Source: Paraphysomonas bandaiensis
Taxonomy: Eukaryota > Protista > Chrysophyceae
Direction: 5' to 3'
Assembly: GCA_965644295.1 (NCBI GenBank)
Contig: CBFFRP010000353.1
Span: 1-36,054 of the forward strand
DNA length: 36,054 bases
This document shows positions 35,143 through 36,054 of the stretch, piece after piece. Numbering within the stretch: the stretch's first letter is position 1; each line of letters opens with the position of its first letter. Under the pieces are notes generated by a model. It did not search any database, was not told where the DNA came from, and saw only the letters and a list, made by a program, of their open reading frames with translations. The translations under genes were made by a program, and so were the position numbers.

Positions 35143-36054
35143 TGAGATGAACTGGCCTATAGCAACACTATCTATATGTTCGGGAAGCAGGAGAGGTATA
35201 AGGATTGAGGGAATCCTTTACAAGTTATTACCAGGACACCACTGATCTGCAATATATACTATGGGCTGGAAGATACAAATGCATGTGTGTATATATGTAC
35301 GTATATATGAGCTGTGTGTATGTATGTATGTATATGTCGTAGTAGAGTACAGCAACAGCAACAGCTACTGTCTGTATGGTACTGTCCGTCTAGATGCACG
35401 CCCAGATATACAGTAAAGTGGATATACGGCAGTATATATACCGTATACCATAACATCTGATCCTTCCTATATATGGTATATACATATATATGCTCTGTAT
35501 ATGATCCACCAGCTTGATATGTACGCTGGATATGCATGATATCTAGATGCGTATCTTTCGTATGGATGGATATGTATGAAGATCTCCATATTAACACAAC
35601 ACAATAACAAGCTCTATGAGACATTGATAAAGTAGATAGACCTTCATGATACGAGTACTACTAGATGACAATTAACTAGTGCAGATAATGCACATGATCT
35701 ATCCATTCAATGGAGAGTGTGAATATATAGATCTACACTTGCTAGTTTATACTGTATATAATCTAATAAGTTTTGATTTAGTAGCTGATTTGTACAGTGG
35801 TATATATATTTGCATTGGAGGATGAGAGTAGTTGGTATACTGGTCACTTATACAGTTGCGACTGTAGTCTAGATAACGTCATATGCAAAAGAGTAAGTAT
35901 ATTTCTGTGTATCATGTAATCGTGATTATTCACACTACACGGAATATAAGCGATATTGTCAAGAAGATTTATTTGTGCAATCAACGCCACAAACTAAAAA
36001 GCAATTGTACTACCGACTATTGTGTTATGTGTTATCTATGAACCGATTTATTTT

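Overview
Gene-dense eukaryotic DNA with very short spliceosomal introns (about 45-70 bp). It is most likely a stramenopile protist (inferred from a GPCR-PIPK gene and the intron style). Eleven intron-containing genes can be reconstructed: CTC1-like, DPP3, a class-I PLP aminotransferase, ubiquitin-eL40, phosphomannomutase, ZNF593/Bud20, an ePHD-PZP chromatin protein, an MCTP-like C2/PRT_C/PH protein, RPL9, a GPCR-PIPK fusion and a triple-PH protein. The most notable non-genic feature is a 509-bp non-coding element (1208-1716) flanked by a perfect 13-bp direct repeat. Its first ~90 nt fold into an HDV-like ribozyme resembling the L1Tc/ingi Pr77 hallmark. Two further fragments of this family occur in the window: a 3' end at 496-692 and a P4-less ribozyme copy at 19531-19582. 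Other features are a 57-bp hAT-type MITE with an 8-bp TSD, a 10-copy 182/185-bp tandem array with higher-order structure, and an adjacent decayed ORF with possible restriction-endonuclease-like motifs. All calls come from manual reading; family resemblances are recalled and were not searched.
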